Positions 41,021 to 51,878 of a stretch of 64,000 nucleotides of DNA are shown here, in pieces. Both the position numbers and the translations under genes were made by a program. Within the stretch, counting starts at the first letter, position 1; each line of letters opens with the position of its first letter. Under the pieces are notes generated by a model, which made no database searches, was not told the origin of the DNA, and saw only the letters and a program-made list of their open reading frames with translations. The stretch comes from Squalus acanthias (Eukaryota): assembly GCA_030390025.1 (NCBI GenBank), contig CM059441.1, positions 17,794,001 through 17,858,000 on the forward strand. Direction: 5' to 3'.

Positions 41021-41185
41021 CTTTCTCTCCCTCCCTCCTATTTCGTGCTCTCTCTCTCTCCTCTTTTCCCCACCGCCCTCACCTCACCTGCTCGCGCACT
41101 CCCTCACCCCCACCACCCTTTCCTGCTCTCTCTTTCTATCTTTTCAATGTGGAGCAAAGCTGTCTTATTCTCTGATTCTTTGCAG

Positions 41186-41360
41186 ATGGGCGTAGTCAAC
41201 ACATTCCAGGGCGGACCTTCCTTGCAGGGAGCGCTGAGGCGGCAGCCCTCCATAGTCAGCCAGCACCACGATGTAAAAAATCTTTCTACCCCAACACATG
41301 TAGTGCTTTCTACTGGCAATACTACTCCTACTACTTCTACTACTACTACCACTGTGGGGC
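41186..41360 (+). CDS. ATP2B4: Alternatively spliced C-site exon (a-variant): MGVVNTFQGGPSLQGALRRQPSIVSQHHDVKNLSTPTHVVLSTGNTTPTTSTTTTTVG
   Basis: ttgcag|ATG acceptor, GGGC|gtgagt donor; 175 nt, so it shifts the frame. Closely resembles the PMCA1 C-site exon (GALRRQPSIASQHHDV..STPTHVV). Inclusion gives ...VG-HQSGECVP* with the stop at 50470-50472. Confidence 0.9.
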
Positions 41361-41383
41361 GTGAGTGCCGGTTTCTTAAAAAC

Positions 41384-41389
41384 TGCATG
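41384..41389 (+). promoter_or_regulatory. RBFOX-type TGCATG intronic splicing element
   Basis: Exact hexamer 24 nt downstream of the C-site exon donor. Confidence 0.5.
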
Positions 41390-42124
41390 AAATTAATATC
41401 ATCTCCGTCCATGCACTTAACTTATTACTATCCTTTTTTCCCCTTTTAGTTTCCTGAATGTTCTCTCATTTCGGCCTTTTTTTTTGTTATTTCAAAGGTT
41501 GCTGCATCTAAACGTTTTTCTTTTTCTCGCAGGAATGAAGTTTTTCAGATAAATACTCAAAAGGTGTCATTTAAAAAAAAAAAAAAAAAAATTGTGTATG
41601 TATATAAACTAGGGGTGCAACGACTATTGTCCGATTCAAAAATCCATCAGTTGGACCAATATTGAATGTTTTTTTTCTGATTTTCTCGATAGATCGAATG
41701 TGCTGTAACTTTAATCAGTGCATTCACCTAAAACAAGGCAAATACATTAACATGGTACTTTTCCTTTTTCAGACTGTTTTATAATATACATAGTTTTGAA
41801 AGACATTTAAGTTTTTTTGAGGTTGAAAGGTTTGACATCAAGTGCCTATTTAGGTTAATATCGGGAGAGATTCTGAAACTTTACGAGCTTATTTATATTG
41901 CATGTTCCCCTTGATACAGATTCTAGTTTAAGACTTAGACACCATTCAGCAGTTTGGGACGATGACTTCCTATTATAAAAGGAACAACGGTGCAGTGGTA
42001 TCTATCTGCCGCTTACACTGAGATTAGCGAGATCGGCCTGTGTCATTTCTTCTGAAGCTGCGGACTGAGTGAAATGAGGTCCTTCTGCAACGTATCTCTT
42101 GCTTGTAAATCAATTTAATTTTTG

Positions 42125-42250
42125 AACAGAAGAAATAGGAGCAGGAGTCGGCCATCCGGCCCCTCGAGCCTGCTCCGCCATTCAATAAGATCATGGCTGA
42201 TCTTCTACCTCAACTCTACTTTCCCGCCCGGTCCCCAGATCCCTTGATTC
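42125..42250 (-). mobile_element. CR1 3' tail
   Basis: agaaataggagcaggagtcggccatccggcccctcgagcctgctccgccattcaataagatcatggctgatc. Confidence 0.85.
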
Positions 42251-44779
42251 CCTTTTTCTCCCGCACCCACCTGTGATTCCCAAAATCTATTACAGAGCAT
42301 CCGGCATGCAATGTTTCGCATATGTTATAGTGTTCAATTGAGAATTAAGTTATCTGTAATCTATAATTTCACCAGAGATTTGAAACTTCAGTCACAGACA
42401 GAACACTTTAACGGCCACCTTGTTTCATAGCAGCTCCATACAGTTAATGCACCAAATGACATTTGCCAGTGCTTTAAGGATTGACTTGGTACTTGCTTGT
42501 GGTAAATAATAACTTTGTTCTGCTTAGCATCCCTCTTGCAATCAGTGAAATGGAAAGTTTTATATTTGGGGCAAGGGCAGTGATTTCAGCACAAGACACT
42601 TTGTTAAATGCAGGGATGTCACAATACAACTTTTAACAGCTGGTAACATATACATATGTTTTCTTGTAGCTTGCAGCTATATCTGGTTCCGTTTAGCACT
42701 AATCCCATTTTACTGTATAAAGGGCAATGCAAATCGATGTTGGATTGGACCTATGCTGCTATGTCACCATATTATACTGCAATTGTGTCAAGTTGCTAAT
42801 TAAACTTTGTTCCAGGGGGAAAAAAATCTTTCCACTTTCCTCTATTTCTTCTATAATTGCACTTTACAATTCCCATTTTGTCGAACCTAATATTGTGCAA
42901 TATGTTGACTTGCCTTTTATTGTATTATGACATCCCTGTAGTGGCTCAATGGTGAAAGCGTGTAAGTGCACAGTGAGACTAAGATTCCATTGCGCAACTT
43001 CTAATATTCTTTGCACCTCTGATAGACGAGTTTTATTGTCTATTAATCCAGCTTGAGTTCACGGTGTAAATGTTCGAGTGTAAGCCCAAGAGTTTTTGAC
43101 TTATTTCAAATGTCGGAAGTCTCTGGCATAAATGCCCGATGTGAAGGTTGTGAATTGACTTGGCTAGTAGAGCTGGGAGCCTCTATTGCCCGCTCCAGGC
43201 ATCCCGAACAGTAAGGTGCCAGCACCATTCAGTGCAAAAGTGAGAGCTGCTGGCTGTACGGTAAACCTGTTGAGAGCAATAAGTTGTAAATCAGATTCAG
43301 AAGGTATGGGCATCAATCGTGATTTTAAGTATTTTTATACGTAGGTACGCTATTGTTTGCGAAATGGTATACAGAACTAAATGGAATAGTGTCCTAGTTA
43401 GACCTCCAGAATAGGCACCAAATGTCTGCATGTATGAGAAAGGTATTTAGAGCCAGTTATACAAGTGCGGTTAATTGATTGTGCAGTTGGATGCATTCAA
43501 CTTTACGTTGGATACACTGTAGGAAACGGCTGCAGTTTAGTGGCCTTGGTGTGCAGGCTGCTGTATGTTGAAACAAAGGCCATTTATTAAGTTTACCATT
43601 GTGCTGCTATTACTATTCAGCCTTAAAAGGGGGGGGGGGGGGGGGGCGGATACTGTTCAATCTTCCTGAGAAGTGACTCTAAAATGCTACCGTCTCCTTC
43701 GGGAAGAACATTCATTTGTATTCTGTGACAGCTAATTACTGGAAGCCAGACTCTTTCCAGGTAAACTCATCTTTCTTTTGCAGCAGAAGATCGTGCCTGT
43801 GAAAAGTATGTTGTTTACTGTCTAGTGACTGTGTTGTGGGTATGTTTCTGAGGAGACTGCAGCCTTTTACATGTTGTCTTGCAATTGAGCTTTCAGCAGC
43901 TGTGCTTCATTGCCTTGGGAGCAGTAATGTTGTATGGAATTCAAAGCCATAATGGTTTTTCCTTTTTTTTTTGTTGTTGATCTCCCAAGTTAGTAGCAGC
44001 CACAAGGCATGTCAAAGGTGTTATTTTTAAACTTAAGTGTAGCTGTTAATGTTTGCTTTTGAGCTACGAGCACAGGTAAGTTTGAGCTTGTAAGCAGCTG
44101 CTTCTAATTGGAATGGCAAGTGTGGAATCTTGGCAGTTTGTGTGGTTTGGTTCTGGCTTAATAATATCACTGCTGTGAGCACCCCTGTCCAGACAGTAGA
44201 AGCTATTGCAATTTTAAAATCTACTGAAGGAGCTCTTCATATAACGTGATCTATCACTGTACCATTGGAGATGCCTTTAATCGACCTCACGTGGACTTGG
44301 TAAATTTCAGTCTTGAGATTTTCCCCCCCTTACGGGAGGTGGTTTGCTTAGCAACTGCCACAGGCTTCTGCATTATTTTGAATTTTCTTCCTGATAGTTT
44401 AGATGTGCTTCTGTTTGGGGGAAAAAAAATTTGAAGGGCGAATGTAAATTGCTTGCGTTTAAACGGTAGAAAAAATGAGATGCGCATAGAATTTATATTT
44501 CATCGCATTAGATTTGATTATATTAGGATGTCATTACACACTGAGCCTACCTGAACAAGAAGTGCAAATTTTGGTTTAACAGCTCCTTGTGATTTAACAA
44601 ATATGGTGATGGTTCCCCACTCCAGTGCAAAGTGGAGAACTGCACTCAGTGCTAAAATGGAGAGTTCAACAAACTCATGCAGTGAGAGGCAGGCAGGTAC
44701 TGGCCTTGGCATGAATTGGGCAGGTAGAAACTGTGATACCCACTCTAAGTACTATGAAATATATAATAAATAATTAGAA

Positions 44780-45150
44780 CACAATTAGGAGCAGGGGTCG
44801 GCCATACGGCCCCTCGAGCCTGCTTCGCCATTCAAGATCATGGCTGATCTTCGACCTCCAACTCCACTTTCCTGCCCGATTCCCCATATCCCTTGATTTC
44901 CCCTAGAGTCCAAAAATCTATCTATCTCAGCCTTGAATATACTCAACGATTCAGCATTCACAGCCCTTCGGGGTAGAGAATTCCAAAGAATCACAACCCT
45001 GAGTGAAGAAATTCCTCCTCATCTCAGTCTTAAATGGCCGCCCCCTTATCCTGAGACTATGACCCCTAGTTCTAGACTCCCCAGCCAGGGAAACAACCTC
45101 TCCGCATCTACACTGTCAATCCGCCTCAGATTCTTATGTTTCAATGAGAT
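44780..45150 (-). mobile_element. CR1 3' fragment
   Basis: Minus ORF LWNSLPRRAVNAESLSIFKAEIDRFL plus tail. Confidence 0.9.
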
Positions 45151-45254
45151 CTGTACCTAATGTAGAATTTAATTTCATAGCATTTACATTAAGCTTTGTA
45201 GAACTTCACCGTTGCATCTTTTGCAATAGCTCAACAAGCTTATCCAGCAAGTAG

Positions 45255-45550
45255 CTGAGCTGCAGAGACCAGGAAGGCCCCAGGTTCGACCCACCCCTTT
45301 TCTCTATTGGCTTATCGGAGGGGGAGGGACTACAGTTTGCCTCTGACACTGGGTTACTAAAGTCCCAGGTCAGCAAGTGTTCCTGCTCCTGATCGCCATC
45401 CAGTAATCCTCCTCTTCTATTGTCTGTGTGGATGTCAAGTAAGGACCAGATCCGGGCTGGCTGTAATGTGGTGAAATAATCTGATGATGATGAGGCTTGT
45501 ACATGAGGAATGGTTAATTGGGTAAGACGCGGGAGGGCTAAAGGTGTCAG
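45255..45550 (+). mobile_element. LF-SINE-like element
   Basis: agaccaggaaggccccaggttcga...gttcctgctcctgatcgccatccagt...tgtgtggatgtc..aggac..gatccgggctggctgt...acatgaggaatgg matches LF-SINE consensus blocks in order, from recall. Confidence 0.72.
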
Positions 45551-46534
45551 TGTCTTTAGGAAAGGAGGAGAGGAAGAAAGTTGGTAGAAGGGAAAAGGTT
45601 CACTCTCTTACATGACATTGTAACCGCATCTCATTATTTGGCAAACTCCAAAGAGCCTAGATCTTCAAAGGATATAAACTAATTAAAACTAAAGATAATT
45701 TAGCTCTTCATGGGATTTTTTTTTGTAACACCACAAGTTCTGTTCAGGAGGCCTTTGTTGTGGGAGGGGGAGAAGGTGACAGCCTAAACTGAAGGAATGG
45801 AGAAAAATGAGAGGTTACAACCGATGTGGGGGCAAAGGCTGAAGATTTGAAAATATTACCTGTCAGGCAAGATTTTTTTTTTGTACCTTTTTATCATAAG
45901 AGGGGCATCCAAGCATTCCCAGATATGGGAGCAGTATTCAAGTCTAAGACAGAATTGGGCTTTGGAGAGAATTAAGGGAAGAAGTGTTCATCAAGAGAAG
46001 AAAACAAAGTTGCTTGAAGCCAATGGAATGGATGGAAGAGTTCTGTGTGAGGTCAAAGGTGGCAATAAGGCAACAAATGCCAATGGATAAATACAAAGGA
46101 TAGAGCTATCAAAGTTAAGATATGATAGCTGTTGGTTAGACTTGTAAGACCTGAAAAAACAAACTTTTTCACTGCCCCATCTAAGGAAATTGAGATGAGG
46201 ATATAGTGGTTCAGCCATTGCACTGTAAGGTAAATGAAGGTGGTGTGCAATGAACATACCGTTTGCAGGAATTTGAGCAGAATCAGCAAAGGAGTGCATA
46301 TGGTCAACTGGCTAACGAAGGAGATCATTTCTATTGGACGGGATGACTAAGCCCTGGGATCCCCGCTTTGAAAGTCATATGACCCTTCAATTACAGCACA
46401 AGTGATTTGAGAGGAACCTGGATGGTCGTGAGCATAGCTTTAGTGGAAGATCATAAGATAACTCGTTTAGAAGTGCAACATACCAAATCTTGTTCAAGGT
46501 ATGAAAAATTATTCACCAAAGTTCCAAGGGTATA

Positions 46535-46900
46535 TAACATAGGAACAAGAGTATGCCATTCAGCCTGTTCTGTCATTCTATTAGATCATTGCTGATCTGC
46601 ACCTCAACTCCATTTACCCACCTTTGCTCCATATCCCTTGATAACCTTACCTAACAAAAATCTGTTGATCTCCGTCTTGAAAATTTCAATCGACACAGCA
46701 TCCACATCCTTTTGAGGGAGGGAGTTACAGATTTCCACTACACATTGTGTGGAAAAAGTGCTTCCGGACTCATTCCTCAACGGCCTCATTCTAATTTTAA
46801 GATTAAGCCCCCTTTATTCTGGATGACCCCTTTATTCTGGAAGTCCCCCACCAGAGGAGGAAGTTTCTCTCTCTATCTACCTTATCAAGTCCCCTTACCG
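46535..46900 (-). mobile_element. CR1 3' fragment
   Basis: Minus ORF ...CNSLPQKDVDAVSIEIFKTEINRFL...GKWS plus tail. Confidence 0.85.
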
Positions 46901-49002
46901 TGGTAAACACATAAGCCACAAGATCACTAGTGGAACTGTTGTTGAAAACTATACTAATCATAGATTAGGCTTAAGTATTGATGTAAAGACAATGGAGCAG
47001 TCATTGGAAAAGTAGCTGGATGACCTTTCTTCAGCATAATTGAACATGTTAACATTTCCAAGAAGAAGGAAGCGTAGACTAGGAATAAAATTAAATAGTT
47101 GGCATGGATGAGAGTAAACTTGAAGACCATGAGTGGCTGATTGCTAACAACTCCTAAGGACATCTAATGAAAATCTTAAGTTTTAAGACTAGTAAGATCA
47201 CAAGTGTCCAGGAACTCCCAGGTACTCGGTCATTACTGTTTAGGAATTTAAAATCAAGTTGGTGTTTTTTTTTTAATGTAAATGTAAGGCGACGGCATCT
47301 TCCTTCAGACAATTGAGATTTTTTTGTTTGCCTAAATGCCTTCTTGTCAACTAATTTTACTTACTGCTTCCCAACCATTTTCCTGACTGTAGGCTCAGCT
47401 TAACTTCTCTATTGTGCCTCTGATCAAATCAGTTTGAACCAGCAGCCAGCCCTAAAATACTGTAGTAATATTAGACTTCAGTTCCATTTCATTTCACATA
47501 CTATAACTTTATTCAGTTTATCTGTCGCAAATGAATATTGAAAGAAATCAACACATGGTTATGTTATTGTACTTATTTTTCCCCACGTAACAGGAGGAAA
47601 AGGGCTAAAGTCTGTATAACTTGTTTTGGTGCCTTTTAGGTGGGGGGACGTAGGGAAAGGAAGTGAGTCTGGCCTAAAGAATTCCACATCTCCGATGCAT
47701 TAACTTTAAAAATGGTTACTAACTGTGAGATTTTAAGCTATGCACAGTGAAAATGTTGTAATATTAAACCAAAAATTAAATCCCAGGCGAGTTCACTCTT
47801 CAGTCTAATGCAGCACAAGAAGCAAAGATACAGAAACTATCTTTCCAATAGCACAAATCCTCCCCAAGAATAATAGTCATTGGACTGATTGGGTAGAGGC
47901 CATTTACTCCACTGCTTTCCTATTGGTCGCTAACAGTTATTCTATCTAGTGCTCTTACTGGTCAGTCTTTACCAATGTATTTTTTGCTGATCGCTTATTG
48001 ATCTGCTCTTCTCAATGTGTATCTGGTGTTTCCCCGCCCCCCCCCCCCCCCCCCCCCAAATCATTCTAATAGTACTTAGTTTGCAGAATTTGTTAGACTG
48101 GTCTAGGTTTTCTTTTCTTCGCTTGGCACAAGGCATGAAAGAAGGAGGTATCAAAAGGTGTGCCAGCGGTACAGGATGACCAAGTCACAATTTGTTGTAG
48201 GACATGGCGTCTCCAGGTGAAGCCAGTCGCTTAAGGTTTGCTTTTATTCAACAAGTTTGCAGCTGTGGCCTTTGAGAGAGCCCTAAATGTGCTACAGAAT
48301 GGAATATTGGGCCTATACTCGAATGTTTACACATTATTATCTTCTCTGCTGCACTGCATGTCTGTGTGTTGCTGATTGTGAGCTTGTATATTGTGATGTT
48401 CAGCTTGTCCTGCTGATTTTACCAATAAAATTACCCACCATGCAAAAAGTTATTTTTGACTACCAGCATGGGAAGTTTTGACAATTGGTTGTTATGCATC
48501 ATGGTTCCATTGTGTTGTATTTGCTGTTGTACAATTTAGTTGGATTGTGGTAATTTTTTCACTTGTCTTCACGTGATACATTTTTACACTTTGCTTTAAA
48601 AGGCAATGTCCAACCTAAGTGATTTTTGGTCCATTTTATTTCAGTGCAGTAAGTGGTATCTTCACAGTAATCCAGTGTTCACATCTTTAGAATGGCAATT
48701 GCAGCTGTTGGTGGACCCCCCTCCAGATGGAAAAGTAAAACTTAGTGTCGACAGTGCAACCCATTTATACTCATTTTGTATCTCTGTCTGCTTATTATAG
48801 AATCCAATACACTCGTCTTCTGTTAATTTCTGTGTCATTTATTTTGTTTTATGTTCTAATGCTACCCATTTAATGTCCTACATTTTTTGGGTTATCTTCT
48901 ACCATTCTGTACAAACTGGTGGTGTGTGTGTTCATGACACATGCAGTGACGAGCATTTTAATCCCCTTTGTTGGCCTGTGAATGCACTTAAACCATAGGA
49001 AT

Positions 49003-49480
49003 CTTCTTCTTAGGCAGTCCCTCGGAACCGAGGATGACTTGCTTCCACACTAAAAATGAAATCTCAGGTGACTGATGAGTCCAATGCGGGACCTACAGTC
49101 TCTGTCACAGGTGGGGCAGACGGTGGTTGAAGGGGTGGGTGGGGTGTGTGGGTTGACGTGCGCTCCTTCCGCTGTTTGCGCTTGGCTTCCGCTTGCTCCC
49201 GGCAAAGATACTCGAGGTGTTCAGCGCCTTCCCGGATGCTTCTCCTCCACTTTGTGTGGTCTTGGGCCAGGGATTCCCAGGTGTCGGTGGGGATGTTGCA
49301 CTTTTTCAAAGAGGCTTTGAGGGTGTCCTTGAAGCGTTTCCTCTGCCCACCTGGGACTCTCTTGTCATGTCGGAGCTCCGAGTAGAGCGTTTGTTTTGGG
49401 AGTCTCGTATCGGGCATGCGGACGATGTGGCCCGTCCATCGGAGCTGATCGAGCGTGGTCAAAGCTTCGATGCTGGGAAT
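49003..49480 (-). mobile_element. RTE-clade LINE 3' fragment, same family as 1539-1852
   Basis: Minus ORF QLRWTGHIVRMPDTRLPKQTLYSEL...GGQRKRFKDTLK; (AAG)n tail; nearly identical to the copy at 1539; possible short TSD GGAAT. Confidence 0.9.
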
Positions 49481-50446
49481 GTATAACAGAGCTGATTAAC
49501 CTCATGAGTAGTATCGATGGTACAGTGTATTGGTGCTCCAGTGTGTTGTACCATGGACTGGTAAGATGTGGGTGGCTTTTCCAAGATTCCAATCTTTCCC
49601 CAGTCCCCATCCAGGCTGGTGCCGAGCTTAAGCTACATGCTTTCCCTCGCGTGAAGGGAGGAGAGCATATAATGTCATCTAGCTCATAAACCCTGTTGGC
49701 AGAGGCTGTAATTCTGGTCACTTGGCCACCCTCTCAACTGTGAAGTTGTGCATGGCATTTAGAGGGGGAGAAGGCAATGACATTTCAAGGAGACATTCAC
49801 CTATTCGTAGCCCAGTCTTTTTAAATTGATCCTTTCACCTGTTTCATTTCTACAACCTGTTTCGCCTTATTTTGTTTTGCTGCATGGTAACACATCTGAG
49901 TCTCTTTACTTTTTTGACTTTTGCTTTCAATTCTTTTCAATTCTGTTTGTGCTTTTTAAAAGCTCCTTCATGTCCTAAATCTTGCTGTTAAATTGGGTTT
50001 TATAATGAGATGTCTCCACTTTTTTAGTTTGTGACCCAATCAGATGTCAGGAATTTTGCTCCAAATTTTGCTGTTAAAGGAAAAATTTTAAACTATTTAG
50101 CTTAAAGAATGGGATGTCGCTTAAAAAAAAAAAAATTGTTGTCATCTAAACCAGGCATTGCCTATTTTAAGTACAGTCTCCATATCAAGCATGGAAAAGC
50201 CGTATCTTTGTTCGAGAATTTCAGTTGAGCAACTAATTTTAATTTTTCTCCATTTGTCACAAGTTACATTTCCAGTGTTGTTTATTTTACAGCTTCCACT
50301 GCACTCAGTCCTGACCACTTAATATCGGCAACATGTATGATCTCCATTCTCACAGCACACTTGTCTGCCAAAAACAATCCCACTGTTCATCTCCAAGACC
50401 AAGTGGTTTTTCTAACTTTTTCTTTTTTGGCTCCTCTGCCCTACAG

Positions 50447-50761
50447 ATCAAAGTGGTGAATGCGTTCCGTAGTTCCTTGTACGAGGGGATAGAAAAACCG
50501 GAATCTCGAAGCTCCATCCACAACTTCATGACCCACCCAGAATTCGGAATGGAAGATGACGAGCCTCGGATCCCGCTGATTGATGAGACTGATGTAGAAA
50601 TCAATGGACTCGCCAACTGTGGTGCCCCAAGCCCACCACATTCACCCAATAAGAATAACAATGCAGTTGACAGTGGAATTAGCCTCCCCCTCACGGACGC
50701 TAGCAAGCTTGCCTCCTCCGCTCCAGGGAGCCCCCTACACAGTCTGGAGACGTCAGTCTGA
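50447..50761 (+). CDS. ATP2B4: Terminal coding exon (b-variant): [33 protein letters not shown]...[11 protein letters not shown]
   Basis: Long pyrimidine tract then ctacag|ATC; completes the CaM-binding domain; ends in the class I PDZ ligand ETSV as in PMCA4b; TGA at 50759-50761. Confidence 0.96.
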   Translation: MKVVNAFRSSLYEGIEKPESRSSIHNFMTHPEFGMEDDEPRIPLIDETDVEINGLANCGAPSPPHSPNKNNNAVDSGISLPLTDASKLASSAPGSPLHSLETSV

Positions 50762-51382
50762 CCCCACCATGAGCTCCAACCTTTGAACTTGCAGCTTTCA
50801 CACTATTTCGTCTTGTCTTGCAGGAAGCAAAAAAATTGTATTTTAGTTAGCAAATTGATGGAAAATCCTCAGATCCTAAAGCATCTTGTGTAAGATGAGG
50901 GAATGTTTCTGGCATTGTGCCATTTAAACATGAAATGCCATCTGAGGTTTTAAAACAGACCAACCTGTCAAGCCAGAAGAATGTACAGAATGATAATAGT
51001 TAACAGAATTGAGAGTAATTTATAAAGGCTTTTACTTTTCCTGTCACCAGCACTTTGCAGTTTACAAGACTCCAGTTTCCATTTGTTTAAATTGGAAAGG
51101 CCACAGATTTCAATGACAGTTGCTTCTTTTGCATCTCACTTCACTATCATTTATATATTTCCTGGAGTCTAGTTTCCAGTATGACAAACAGGATTTGACT
51201 CCACGGTCTGGGTAGTGTTAAGGGGTGGCGGGGAGGGAAGACTTTGATTTATCTAAAGTATTGGTTGCTAGTTGGATATGACGTGATTTTTGACCAATTT
51301 CACATTTATTTTTTTTGCAGCCAACTGCTAATTGACTTCCATCATTTTATTGAAGTACGCAAGAGGCAAAGTCTCCTAAATT

Positions 51383-51878
51383 TCAATGTGCTGGTAATGT
51401 GCTTGACATCACTTGCACACTAAAACTGTCTTTTTGTCTCCTGGCAAGGTGTAATGCATGTCTACGATTGACTGCCTAATGAGGCGGTCAGCAGTGATTC
51501 TACACTCTCGATGGTAAAGCTGCTCAAAACCCTTCCAAAACAATCTTAAGATCAGAAACTTTTGACAGTGGGGGGGCGGGCGGGAGGGGAAATTGTGTAC
51601 GTGGTTTTTTTTTTTTTGGTTGGGGGGGTGGTCAGATGTAAGTTCTTTTTTGGTTGCCGTTGGCTGCCAGACTTGTAGCTTCCCATTAACGTTGAGGGGA
51701 AGCAAAATCTAATCGTTGTCAATGTGCTGGTAGTGTGGCAACATCACATGCACACTGAAACTGTGTTCTGTCTTCTGGCAAGGTGACCGATGTCTGCGAC
51801 TGACGGCCTAATGAGGCAGTTGACAGTGATTCTATTCAGAGTTACAAGTAATATAACTGATGTACGGTAGAGCTGCTC
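51383..51878 (+). repeat. Diverged direct duplication of about 140-160 bp (51383-51525 and 51719-51878) in the 3' UTR
   Basis: Shared blocks tcaatgtgctggta, acatcac.tgcacact.aaactgt, ctggcaaggtg, gcctaatgaggc, cagtgattcta, agctgctc. Confidence 0.9.

Noticed and set aside
40175-41449. Long Pro/Ser/Leu-rich ORFs (424, 297 and 270 aa)
   Set aside because: Artefacts of a stop-free pyrimidine minisatellite; only 41186-41360 is a real exon.
51472-51490. CTAATGAG resembling the hammerhead CUGAUGA box
   Set aside because: Mismatch at a catalytic position, the motif sits inside its own stem, and there is no correctly placed GAAA box.
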